64,000 bases of DNA from an uncultured Candidatus Rokubacteria bacterium (GCA_963758635.1 CAVWWD010000008.1:768001-832000), one strand, 5' to 3'. Positions 1 through 11,729 are shown, numbered from the stretch's first letter. The notes: generated by a model from the letters alone, not told the origin. Translations and numbers: made by a program.

Positions 1-671
1 AGGCGCGACGCCAGGAGCGCCTCGACCTCCTCGAGCCGGAGGAGCCGCTCCTCGCCCCCCGCGATCAGTCGGGCCGCGGGCGTGTTCAGCGCGAGGAGCG
101 CGCTCTCGACCTCCGCCATCAGAGCCGGGATACGGGCGGCTCGCGCGGCGCGCTCGGCCCGGGCCAGCGCGGCGCGCGCGGCCTTCGTGCGCACGCGCCG
201 CAGCGCGATCCCCGCGACCACCAGCTCGTGGACAGCCCTGGACGCGGGTGGGAGGGGCGAGGGGTCGAGCTCCGCGAGCTGACGCTCCGCCTCGGCGAGG
301 CGACCGATCAGGATCAGGCGCCGGACGCGCAGGTATCGCGCGTACGCGGCGTTGGCGCGGTCGCCGTGCGCCTCGAGGATGGCCTGGGCCGCGTCGAGCG
401 CTTTCGCGGGCCAGCCCAGGTCCCGCGACACGAGGGCGATCTCGGCCTCGGCGACCACGCACCGCGCCCGGGCCACCGCCTCCCGGGGTCCGAAGGCCCG
501 CGCCGCGCGGCGCAGCAGGGTCTTCGCGCGGGGGAGGTCGCCGAGCTGCGCCATCGCGATGCCCCGGAGCGCCAGAGCCGGAGCGTCGTCCCGCAGGGCG
601 ACCCGGTTCAGCGCGCCGAGGGGATCGCCCGCGGCGAGGGCCCGCGCCGCCGCGGTGATCAGCGAGTCCAT
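1..671 (-). CDS. Helical/HTH-domain protein typically divergent from DUF899 genes (partial, runs off window start)
   Basis: Own translation from ATG at 671: MDSLITAAARALAAGDPLGALNRVALRDDAPALALRGIAMAQLGDL...; open to position 1; not in the ORF track because it is truncated. Confidence 0.75.
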   Translation of the reverse strand, partial: MDSLITAAARALAAGDPLGALNRVALRDDAPALALRGIAMAQLGDLPRAKTLLRRAARAFGPREAVARARCVVAEAEIALVSRDLGWPAKALDAAQAILEAHGDRANAAYARYLRVRRLILIGRLAEAERQLAELDPSPLPPASRAVHELVVAGIALRRVRTKAARAALARAERAARAARIPALMAEVESALLALNTPAARLIAGGEERLLRLEEVEALLASR

Positions 672-795
672 CGGAATCCCGTCAGACTTGTCACTCCCAT
701 CGTCTCGTCGTCAGGCGGTAAGTCTAGCCTGTGACCGGCGACCACCGCGTCGCGGCACGAGACGGATCGACCCTCGAGGGAAGGAGACCAGAGCG

Positions 796-1554
796 ATGAC
801 GACTCACAGGATCGGGACACGGGAAGAGTGGCTGGCCGCGCGGCTCGGGCTGCTCCAGGCGGAGAAGGAGCTCACCCGGCGCAGCGACGAGCTGGCCGAG
901 CGACGTCGGGAGCTGCCGTGGGTTCGGGTCGACAAGACGTACCGGTTCGACACCGACGAGGGGAGCGCCTCGCTGGCGGACCTCTTCCGCGGGCGGTCGC
1001 AGCTCCTCGTCTACCACTTCATGTTCGGGCCCGACTACACGGCCGGCTGCCCGTCCTGCTCGGCCATCGCGGATGGCTTCAACGGTGTCGCCGTGCACCT
1101 GGCGAACCACGACGTGATGCTCTGGGCGGTGTCGCGAGCGCCGCTCGGGAAGCTCCAGGCGTACAAGCGGCGGCTGGGCTGGACGTTCCCCTGGGCGTCT
1201 TCCCAGAGCAGCGACTTCAACGCCGACTTCAACGTCCGGTTCACGGAGGGAGAACAGCGCGCGGGCATCGAGTACAACTACCGGCGCGAGCCCGCGTGGC
1301 GAGAGGAGGCACGCCGCGAGGAGGCGGTGTCCTTTGCGGCGATGGCCGGGACCGACGAGGCCACGTACTCCCGCGAGAGGCCGGGCATGAGCTCGTTCGT
1401 GCTCGAGGACGGGATCGTCTACCACGCCTATTCCACCTATGCGCGCGGGCTGGACGGGCTCTGGGGCATGTACCAGTGGCTGGACCGCGCCCCGAGGGGG
1501 CGCAACGAGACGGGCCCCTGGTGGCGCCGTCACGACGAGTACGACCGGCGCTGA
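796..1554 (+). CDS. DUF899 family thioredoxin-like protein
   Basis: AAGGAG RBS, then MTTHRIGTREEWLAAR..; motifs DLFRGRSQLLVYHFMFGP, CPSCS, LDRAPRGRNE, WWRRHDEY. Confidence 0.9.
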   Translation: MTTHRIGTREEWLAARLGLLQAEKELTRRSDELAERRRELPWVRVDKTYRFDTDEGSASLADLFRGRSQLLVYHFMFGPDYTAGCPSCSAIADGFNGVAVHLANHDVMLWAVSRAPLGKLQAYKRRLGWTFPWASSQSSDFNADFNVRFTEGEQRAGIEYNYRREPAWREEARREEAVSFAAMAGTDEATYSRERPGMSSFVLEDGIVYHAYSTYARGLDGLWGMYQWLDRAPRGRNETGPWWRRHDEYDRR

Positions 1555-1641
1555 GGGCGACGGCGAGCGGGGCGATGACGCTGCGGCCGCTCGCCGCCGG
1601 GATCGGCTTGTGGTACAACGCACGTACCGCAAGCGGACCAC

Positions 1642-2109
1642 ATGATTCCCGATCGTGTCGTCGAGATGATCCACGGCCCGTCGTACCTGCAGCTCGGGAC
1701 CAGGGACGAGACTCTCCGACCCGCCCACACCCTCGCCGTGGGCGCGTTGGTCCATGAGGATCGCCGGACGGTCACGGTGTTCGTGCCGAGCGAGCGGGCG
1801 CGGCGGGCCGTCGCCAACCTCGAGGCCAACGGCCGGGTCGCGCTCGGCATCGGCCAGGCCTCTCACGAGTCCTACCAGCTCAAGGGCGTCTACCTCTCCC
1901 GGCGGCCGGCCGATGCGGAGGATCGCGCCCGACAGGAGGCCTACCGGAAGGCTTTGCTCGCGGACGCGCTGGCCCACGGCTACCCGGAAGAGATCGCCCG
2001 GCCGTTCACCCAGGGGTTCGCGTACACGCCGGCCGTGGCGATCACCTTCAGGACCGAAGAGGTGTTCCTTCAGACCCCCGGCCCGGACGCGGGGAGCCGG
2101 CTGGCCTAG
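1642..2109 (+). CDS. Pyridoxamine 5'-phosphate oxidase-like (flavin-binding split-barrel) protein
   Basis: 155 aa; LGTRDETLRP, ANLEANGRVAL, SYQLKG, VFLQTPGPDAG. Confidence 0.7.
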   Translation: MIPDRVVEMIHGPSYLQLGTRDETLRPAHTLAVGALVHEDRRTVTVFVPSERARRAVANLEANGRVALGIGQASHESYQLKGVYLSRRPADAEDRARQEAYRKALLADALAHGYPEEIARPFTQGFAYTPAVAITFRTEEVFLQTPGPDAGSRLA

Positions 2110-2122
2110 GCCGCGAGACGCG

Positions 2123-2572
2123 ATGGCGAAGCTGCCCGACGAGATCAAGGCGGCCATGCAGGGGGTGATCCCCTCGCACGTCGTCACCTGCTCGGCCGAC
2201 GGCACGCCCAATGCCAGCGCCATCTCGCAGGTCTACTACGTCGATGGCGACCAGGTCGCGCTCTCGCACCAGTTCTTCAACAAGACCAAGCGCAACGTCC
2301 AGGAGAATCCCAAGGCCACGGTCTGGCTGATCCATCCGGAGTCGTTCGACACGTGGGACCTGGAGCTGGAGTTCGACCACTCCGAGACGCAGGGGCCGAT
2401 CTTCGACGCGATGGACATGCAGATCGAGGCCATCGCGTCGATGGTGGGGATGAAGGGCATCTTCAAGCTCAGGGCCGCGGACATCTTCCGCGTGGTCTCG
2501 GTGACCCGGACGAGCGGCGAGCGGATCCCACTGTCGCAGATCCCGTCCGCGGACCCCCCGGCGCAGGGCTGA
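2123..2572 (+). CDS. Pyridoxamine 5'-phosphate oxidase-like (split-barrel) protein
   Basis: MAKLPDEIK..VVTCSADGTPN..SQVYYVD..FFNKTKRNVQENP; may be fused to the next ORF if the C6 run at 2554-2559 contains an indel. Confidence 0.8.
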   Translation: MAKLPDEIKAAMQGVIPSHVVTCSADGTPNASAISQVYYVDGDQVALSHQFFNKTKRNVQENPKATVWLIHPESFDTWDLELEFDHSETQGPIFDAMDMQIEAIASMVGMKGIFKLRAADIFRVVSVTRTSGERIPLSQIPSADPPAQG

Positions 2573-2576
2573 CCGC

Positions 2577-3908
2577 GTGGCCGACACGGGGAGCGCGCCC
2601 ACGACGGCCGAGGACCCGGATCCGCACGCCCTTCGCGCCGAGATCGCCCGGAACCAGGAGATCATCGACCGGCTCAATCGCGATCTCGCGAAGCGGACGA
2701 ACAACGTCCGCATCATCCAGCAGATCTCGTCCGAGATCACGTCCACCCTCGATCTGGGCGAGGTTCTCGCCATCGTCCTCGGGGCCATGGAGCGGGTGCT
2801 CGGGTTCCGGCACTCGATGCTCCTGCTCGCGGAGCCGGCGGGCGACGCGCTCGCCGTGGTCGCCACGCGGGGCTACGCGGAGCCCAGCCCCGACCCCGGC
2901 CGCACGGCGCGCGTCCGGATCGGCGAGGGCGTCATCGGCGTCGTGGCCGAACGCCGCGTGCCCATGCGCGTCGGGAACATCGGCGCGAGCGTGCGGTACC
3001 TGCAGGCGATCCGGGCGCGGATGCAGGCGGCGGGGCAGGGGCCCTCGGGAGAGAGTCCGGCGGGCCTGCCGGGCTTGCCGGACGCGCAGAGCCAGCTCGC
3101 CCTGCCGCTGCTCGTCAAGGACCGCCTGGTCGGCGTGCTCGCGGTGGAGAGCGCGAGGCCCAACGCGTTCGACGAGCTGGACGAGGTGCTGCTCCGCATC
3201 ATCAGCCACCAGGCGGCCACCGCCATCGACAACGCGCGGACGTATCGGATGGTGGATCAGCTCACGCGGCTGAAGCGCTTCTTCTCGCCCCACCTCGCCG
3301 AGCTCATCATCCGGGGCGGCGCCGACGACCCCCTCAGGACGCACCGACGCGACGTGACCGTCGTCTTCCTCGACCTTCGCGGATTCACGGCCTTCGCCGA
3401 GACCGCCGAGCCGGAGGAGGTCATGGGCGTCCTGCGCGAGTATCACGCGGAGATGGGCAAGCTGATCCTCGCCCACGAGGGGACGCTGGAGCGCTTCACC
3501 GGAGACGGGTTGATGATCTTCTTCAACGACCCGGTGCCGGTGCCCGATGCCGGCATCCGCGCGGCGCGGATGGCCGTGGAGATGCAGGAACGGGTGGCGC
3601 GCCTGACGGTCAGCTGGCGGCGCCTCGGATACGATCTGGGCCTCGGGATCGGCATCGCCAAGGGCTTCGCCACCATCGGCGGGATCGGGTTCGAGGGCCG
3701 GTGGGACTACGGCGCGATCGGCACCGTGACGAACCTCGCCGCGCGCCTGTGCGGCGAGGCGAAGGGCGGCGAGATCCTCATCTCGACGCGGCTCGTCGGG
3801 GAGCTGGAGGACCAGGCCGAGATCGAGGAGCTGGAGCCGGTCACGCTCAAGGGCTTCGCCCGGCCGGTGCAAGCCTCCAGGCTCGTGCGCCTGAAGCCGC
3901 CGGCGTAG
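2577..3908 (+). CDS. GAF domain + class III adenylate/guanylate cyclase
   Basis: GAF (IGEGVIGVVA..LALPLLVKDRLVGVLAVES); cyclase motifs VVFLDLRGFT, RFTGDGLM, YGAIGTVTNLAARL, LKG. Confidence 0.9.
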   Translation: MADTGSAPTTAEDPDPHALRAEIARNQEIIDRLNRDLAKRTNNVRIIQQISSEITSTLDLGEVLAIVLGAMERVLGFRHSMLLLAEPAGDALAVVATRGYAEPSPDPGRTARVRIGEGVIGVVAERRVPMRVGNIGASVRYLQAIRARMQAAGQGPSGESPAGLPGLPDAQSQLALPLLVKDRLVGVLAVESARPNAFDELDEVLLRIISHQAATAIDNARTYRMVDQLTRLKRFFSPHLAELIIRGGADDPLRTHRRDVTVVFLDLRGFTAFAETAEPEEVMGVLREYHAEMGKLILAHEGTLERFTGDGLMIFFNDPVPVPDAGIRAARMAVEMQERVARLTVSWRRLGYDLGLGIGIAKGFATIGGIGFEGRWDYGAIGTVTNLAARLCGEAKGGEILISTRLVGELEDQAEIEELEPVTLKGFARPVQASRLVRLKPPA

Positions 3909-3979
3909 CTCGCCGGGCCAGCCCGGCGGCCCACGCCGCTGGCCGCTCCCCGCCGATCGCTCGTATCGCGCTCGGTCCA

Positions 3980-4008
3980 TTGACGGACGTTCGCGTCCTC
4001 ACTACACT
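3980..4008 (+). promoter_or_regulatory. Putative sigma70 promoter of the NCS2 permease
   Basis: TTGACG-17 nt-TACACT. Confidence 0.55.
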
Positions 4009-4042
4009 CGTGCGGCGGAATCAACAGGTGCCCACGGCCGGC

Positions 4043-5746
4043 GTGAAGAAGCCCGCGAATCTCCTGTACGGCTCAGACGACAAGCCGCCGACAGCGGTCA
4101 CCGCCCTGACCGGACTCCAGCACGCGGGCGTCAACGCCATCTTCCTGTTGATCCCGCTGCTCGTCTGCCGCGAAGGGGGCCTCACGCCCGCTCAGATCGT
4201 CGACGTGCTGAGCGCGGCCATGCTGCTCCAGGCCGCGGTGACCGCCGTGCAGGCGTATCCCGTGGGCCCGATCGGCGCGGGCCTGTTCTGCCCCGCCATC
4301 TACACCGCGGCCTACCTCGGCCCCTCCCTGGCCGCGCTGAAGATCGGCGGGCTGCCGCTGGTCTTCGGCATGACTCTCTTCGCCGGGCTCGTCCAGTGCG
4401 CCCTCGCGCGCCTGCTGCCCTACCTGCGCGCGCTGTTTCCGTCGGAGGTCGCGGGCCTCATCATCATCCTGATCGGGTTCACCAACGGGACGATCGGGGT
4501 CCGCTATCTGCTCGGCGTGGGCGAGGCGCAGGTCGCCGACGCGACCGACCTGTCGATCGGCTTCCTGAGCCTCGCGGTGATGGTGGCGCTCAACGTGTGG
4601 ACGAAGGGGCCACCCCGTGTCTTCTGCGGAATGATCGGCCTGGCCCTGGGCTACGCGGTGGCGGCGGCGCTGGGGCGCCTCGGAGCCGACAGCCTCCAGG
4701 CGCTGATCAGCGCGCCGGTGGCCCACGTGCCGCGCCTCGTCCACGTCGGGTGGTCCTTCGACGCCGCGCTGAGCATCACCTTCGCGGTCGCCGCGCTGTC
4801 CACCACCACCAAGGCCATGGGCATCGTGACCAGCTACCAGAAGCTGAACGACGCGGCGTGGACCCGTCCGGACATGCGCTCGGTCAGCGGGGGTGTGCTC
4901 GCCGACGGCCTCGGCACCGCGGCCGCGGGGCTCGTGGGCAGCACCGGCATGAACCCCTCCGCCTCGAGCCTCGGCCTGGCCACCGCGACCGGCGTGGCCA
5001 GCCGGCCGGTCTCGCTGGCCGTCGCGGGCGTGTTCGTCGTCCTCGCCTTCCTGCCGAAGGCGGCGATGCTGTTCGCCATCATGCCGCGGGCCGTGATCGG
5101 GGCCGCGCTCGTGTTCACCGCGGCCTTCGTGCTGGTCAACGGCATCGAGGTGGTGACGTCGCGCATCCTCGACGCGCGACGCGCGCTCATGATCGGGCTG
5201 GCCCTCACCGCCGCCGCGTCGGTGGACGTGTTTCCCGGGTTCTTCGCGACCCTCCCGCCCGCGCTCCGTCCCTTCTTCGTGAGCTCGCTCGCCGCCGGCA
5301 CCCTGGTGGCCCTGGCGCTCAACGCCATCTTCCGGCTGGGCGTGCGCCAGGCTCGGCGGCTGGAGATCGATCCCGCCCAGGTCGATCCCGAGGTCGTGCA
5401 CCGGTTCCTGGAGGAGCAGGGCGCCCGGTGGGGGGCGCGGCGCGACGTGATCGAGCGCGCCGGCTTCAACCTGGCCCAGTCCGTCGAGACGATCGTCGAG
5501 AGCTGCGCTCCCGAGGGGCGGCTCGAGGTCGAAGCCAGCTTCGACGAGTTCAACCTCGACGTGCGCATCTCGTACCCGGGGGCGATGCTGGAGTTCCCGG
5601 CGAAGCGGCCCACCACCGAGGAGATCCTCGCGTCGGAGGACGGCCAACGGAAGCTGGCGGGGTTCCTTCTCCGCCGCCAGGCCGATCGAGTGCAGGCGAC
5701 GCAGCGGGGCGGCCGCGCCACCGTCCTGTTCCACTTCGACCACTGA
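4043..5746 (+). CDS. NCS2 (xanthine/uracil) family permease with extra C-terminal HATPase/anti-sigma-like domain
   Basis: LYGSDDKPP, GLQH, GGVLADGLGT, GLATATGVASR, many TM segments; ~130-aa soluble tail ending FHFDH; start GTG 4043 (or 4028). Confidence 0.85.
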   Translation: MKKPANLLYGSDDKPPTAVTALTGLQHAGVNAIFLLIPLLVCREGGLTPAQIVDVLSAAMLLQAAVTAVQAYPVGPIGAGLFCPAIYTAAYLGPSLAALKIGGLPLVFGMTLFAGLVQCALARLLPYLRALFPSEVAGLIIILIGFTNGTIGVRYLLGVGEAQVADATDLSIGFLSLAVMVALNVWTKGPPRVFCGMIGLALGYAVAAALGRLGADSLQALISAPVAHVPRLVHVGWSFDAALSITFAVAALSTTTKAMGIVTSYQKLNDAAWTRPDMRSVSGGVLADGLGTAAAGLVGSTGMNPSASSLGLATATGVASRPVSLAVAGVFVVLAFLPKAAMLFAIMPRAVIGAALVFTAAFVLVNGIEVVTSRILDARRALMIGLALTAAASVDVFPGFFATLPPALRPFFVSSLAAGTLVALALNAIFRLGVRQARRLEIDPAQVDPEVVHRFLEEQGARWGARRDVIERAGFNLAQSVETIVESCAPEGRLEVEASFDEFNLDVRISYPGAMLEFPAKRPTTEEILASEDGQRKLAGFLLRRQADRVQATQRGGRATVLFHFDH

Positions 5747-5810
5747 CGCGCCTCCGCGTCGAGGTGGGCTTCCGGAGGGCGGCGCAGCCCCGGAGAAGGG
5801 AACGGACTCC

Positions 5811-6639
5811 ATGGGAGCTGACGAGACCGTAGCGCAGCACTACACGCACGGTGGGCTCGAGCAGGCGATCCTGGACGGCCTCCGGGCCGCCGGCAAGGAT
5901 CTCGAGCGGCTCGAGCCCGAGGACCTCGCGCCCGTCGACGAGTTCCACATCGGCGGCCGGCAGGCCACCGCGGACTTCGCCGCCGAGCTCGGCGTCACCC
6001 GCGGGGTGCGGCTGCTGGACATCGGCTCGGGTCTGGGCGGCGCCTCCCGCTATTTCGCGCGCACCTTCGGCTGCCACGTCACCGGCATCGACCTGACCGA
6101 GGAGTACGTCAGGGTCGCCGCGATGCTGGCGGCGCGCACGCGCCTCGACGGGATGGTCTCCTATCAGCATGGGCAGCGCGCTCAGCCTGCCGTTTCCCGC
6201 CGGCGCCTTCGGGGGCGCGTACATGCTGCACGTCGGCATGAACATCGCGGACAAGGCCGCGCTGTTCGCGCAGGTGCGAAGGGTGCTCGCGCCGGGTGGG
6301 CTGTTCGGTGTCTACGACGTGATGCGGGAGGGCGACGGCACGCTTGGCTATCCGGTGCCGTGGGCCACGAGTCCGGACACGAGCTTCGTGGAGTCGCGGG
6401 CTCGCTATACGGAGCTCCTGGCCGCCGCGGGGTTCGAGGTGGTGAAGGGGCGCAGCCGCCGTGAGTTCGCGGTGAAGTTCTTCCAGGATCTCCGTGCGCG
6501 GATCGCGCAGAGCGGCGTGCCCCCGCTCGGGCTGCACATCCTGATGGGCGCGGCGGCCCCGCAGAAGATCGGCAACATGGTCGACGCCCTCCAGCGCGGC
6601 CTCATCTCGCCGACCGAGATCATCTGCCGGGCGGCGTGA
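5811..6639 (+). CDS. Class I SAM-dependent methyltransferase (frameshift at ~6170)
   Basis: DEFHIGG, LLDIGSGLGG motif I in the 5811 frame; continues GSALSLPF..MLHVGMNIADK in the 6169 frame. Confidence 0.85.
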
Positions 6640-6644
6640 CGGCC

Positions 6645-6719
6645 GAGCCCCGCGCATCAGACCAATGCCGAGCGGTGGGACTGTAGAGGCCCGTGGCGGT
6701 TACCGTATTGTGCGAGGTC
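6645..6719 (+). repeat. Dispersed ~75-nt structured repeat, family R1, copy 1
   Basis: GAGCCCCGCGCATCAGACCAATGCCGAGCGGTGGGACTGTAGAGGCCCGTGGCGGTTACCGTATTGTGCGAGGTC; near-identical copies at 35393, 38423, 58403. Confidence 0.9.
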
Positions 6720-6732
6720 GCCGGCGGCCGCC

Positions 6733-7941
6733 TCACGTCGCGAAGCGCGCGAGGGGCCGGCCGGGCTGCCGGAGCAGCGCCACGGCGATGCCGACGTTGA
6801 GCAGGTTCCACAGGATGCCGTGGACGAACGCCGCCTGGTACGAGCCGGTCAGGTCGAAGATCACGCCGGTGATCCAGCCGCCCAGCGCCATGCCGAACAC
6901 CGTGGCCATGAGCACGGCGCCCACGCGGACGCCCGCCTCCTCCGGAGGGAAGAACTCCCGCACGATGACCGCGTAGGCCGGCACGATCCCGCCCTGGACG
7001 AGGCCGAAGAGGGCCGAGACCACGTAGAGGGCCTCGAGGCGCTCGAACGGCAGGAAGAGGATCAGCGCCAGCGCCTGGAGGCTCGACCCCAGCAGCAGCG
7101 TGCGGCGGCCGCCGATGTGATCGCAGATCCAGCCGGAGAGGAGCCGGCTCGCCACGCCGAAGCCCAGCATCAGCGACAGCATCTGCGCCCCGTGCGCGAC
7201 GCCGTGGCCCAGGTCGCCGGCGTACGCGACGATGTGGACCTGCGGCATCGACATCGCCACGCAGCAGCTCAGGCCGGCGACGACGAGCAGGACCTGGAGC
7301 GCCGCCGGTGACATGCCGAGGGTTCGCCGCGCCGTCCCGCGCGCCCGATGCGGCCCCCGTGGCGGCGGGCGTCCGCGGCGACGGCCGCCGGAGCGCCAGC
7401 GACAGCGGCAGGATGGTCACCACGCAGAAGACGCCGATGCCCACGTAGGTCCACCGCCAGCCCACGCGCCCGACGAAGTGCTGGATGACGGGCGGCCAGA
7501 CGGTGCCGGCGAGGTAGCTGCCGCACGCGATGATCGACACCGCCATCCCCCGCCGGCGCGTGAACCAAGCGAGATGTCGGCGATGAGCGGCGCGAACGTG
7601 GCCGCGCTGGCCGCGCCGACCAGCAGCCCCTGCGCGACGACGAACCACCAGAGGCTCGGTGCGAGGCCGGCCGAGGCGTGGCCGGCGAGGAGGCCGAGCG
7701 CGCCGCCCACGACGGGCACGACGACGCCGAAGCGATCGGCGAGGCGGCCCAGCAGCAGGCTGCCGAGCCCCGTGCAGATCATGGTCGCCGTGTACGGCAG
7801 CGACGCGGCGGAGCGCGCCACGCCGAACTCCGCCTGCACCGCGGGCAGGACGACGATCACCGACCACATGCCGACGTTGCCGATGGCGGACAGCAGGAGC
7901 GCGGCGAAGAGGCGGAACCAGGCGTAGGCGGACTCGGGCAT
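6733..7941 (-). CDS. MFS transporter (frameshifts at ~7570 and ~7320)
   Basis: MPESAYAWFRL.., GRLADRFG, WFTRRRG, GWICDHIGGRRTL spread across three frames. Confidence 0.85.
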
Positions 7942-7979
7942 GACGGGCCGCCCAGGAGCCGGTCGGGCGCCGAGCCCGG

Positions 7980-10340
<2,361 letters not shown>

Positions 10341-11729
10341 TCAGTCGGGCTCGCCCGCCTCGCCGCGCACGCATCGCCGGACGATGCCGGACACGAACGA
10401 CACGAGCTCACGGTGAAACTCGCCGCCGCCGAGCGCGGCGGCCTTGTAGCAGAGGGCGCGCTGGGTGCGCAGGTCGAACGGGAGCGTGTCCGGATCGTCG
10501 GTCAGGAGCAGGACCGGCTTGTGCAGGGCGCGGGCGTAGCCGATCTCCAGCATCACGTTCGGGTTGGGAACGCCGCTCAGGTGCGGGGCGGCCACCGCGA
10601 TGATGAAGTCGGTGGACCGGATCGCCTCGCAGATCTCGTCCCAGATGCTCTCGTGCAGGTGTGACTGGTCGACCCGCGTCGGCATCACGCGGCAGGCTGC
10701 GCACGCGGAGCGGATCGCGCGCCACAGCCCGTCGAAGGCGTCCGTGAAGGGGATCGCCACGAACGCGCGGGCCACGGGCCGCCGCTGCTCGATCTCCGCG
10801 GCGATGGCGTGGAGGTCGCGCTGGGCCTCGAGGGCGTCCGCGTAGCGCTTGGCCGCCACCGGCTCCAGCAGGCGACGGAGCCACGGCTGCAGGAGATGCT
10901 CGGCCGTCTCGTCTGCCACCGGCGGGAAGTGCAGCTCGGAGCCGAGGATCGCGGCGACCACGGCCTCGATCGTGGTCTGGTCCTCGGTCCAGAACGGGTG
11001 CCGGCCGTAACGGAGCTCGAAGAGGACCACGCCGAGCGCCCAGGCGTCGATGGCCGGCGAGAACGCCCCTTCGCTGCCGAACTGCTCGGGCGCGGCCGAG
11101 GACAGGCGGACGAACGCGCGGAAGGCGCGGGCCGCAGCGTCGTCCACGCCCACCGGCGTCGCGCAGCCCAGGTCGGCGAGGAGGACGTGGCCGCGGTCGT
11201 CCACGAGCACGTTGTCGGTGCCGAGCGCCCGGTGCACGAAGCCGGCGCGGTGGATCGCGGCGAGGCCGTCCGTCACGCCCGCGGACAGGGCCACGAACTC
11301 CGCGATGCTGGAAGGAGGCCGCTCGTCCTTCTGGATCGACGCGACGATGTCCGAGAGCGGGCGCGCCCCGCTGGCCCGCGCGAACACGGAGAACCACTCG
11401 CCCTCGTGCTGGAAGAAGTCGATGACGGGGAGGATGTGCGGATGCTGAAGCTCCGCCTGGAGGCGTCGGGCGCGCCTCAGGCCCTCCACCGCGTCACTGT
11501 TGACGGCAACGTCGGAGGCCGGCGCCGGTGACGGTGCCCCGCGCTGGCTCTCGTCGGACGGCCAGCGTTCGTGCCGCAGGAGCACGCCATGGCCCAGCGT
11601 GCGATGGTGGGCTTCGTAGTCCGAGTAGCTCTCGCCGTACAGCAGGCGCCGGTCGGCCACGTACGATCCGACCGTCGCTGGCAGTGCGCGGCCGAGCAGC
11701 CGAGCGCCCCTCGTCCTCGTTTGCTCCAT
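10341..11729 (-). CDS. Ser/Thr kinase-like pseudokinase fused to a nucleoside 2-deoxyribosyltransferase-like C-terminal domain
   Basis: Kinase fold: LQHPHILPVID, HRALGTDN, ADLG, AAPEQ, DAWALG; C-terminal AFVAIPF..NPNVMLEIGYARALHKP..LPFDL. Confidence 0.8.
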   Translation of the reverse strand: MEQTRTRGARLLGRALPATVGSYVADRRLLYGESYSDYEAHHRTLGHGVLLRHERWPSDESQRGAPSPAPASDVAVNSDAVEGLRRARRLQAELQHPHILPVIDFFQHEGEWFSVFARASGARPLSDIVASIQKDERPPSSIAEFVALSAGVTDGLAAIHRAGFVHRALGTDNVLVDDRGHVLLADLGCATPVGVDDAAARAFRAFVRLSSAAPEQFGSEGAFSPAIDAWALGVVLFELRYGRHPFWTEDQTTIEAVVAAILGSELHFPPVADETAEHLLQPWLRRLLEPVAAKRYADALEAQRDLHAIAAEIEQRRPVARAFVAIPFTDAFDGLWRAIRSACAACRVMPTRVDQSHLHESIWDEICEAIRSTDFIIAVAAPHLSGVPNPNVMLEIGYARALHKPVLLLTDDPDTLPFDLRTQRALCYKAAALGGGEFHRELVSFVSGIVRRCVRGEAGEPD

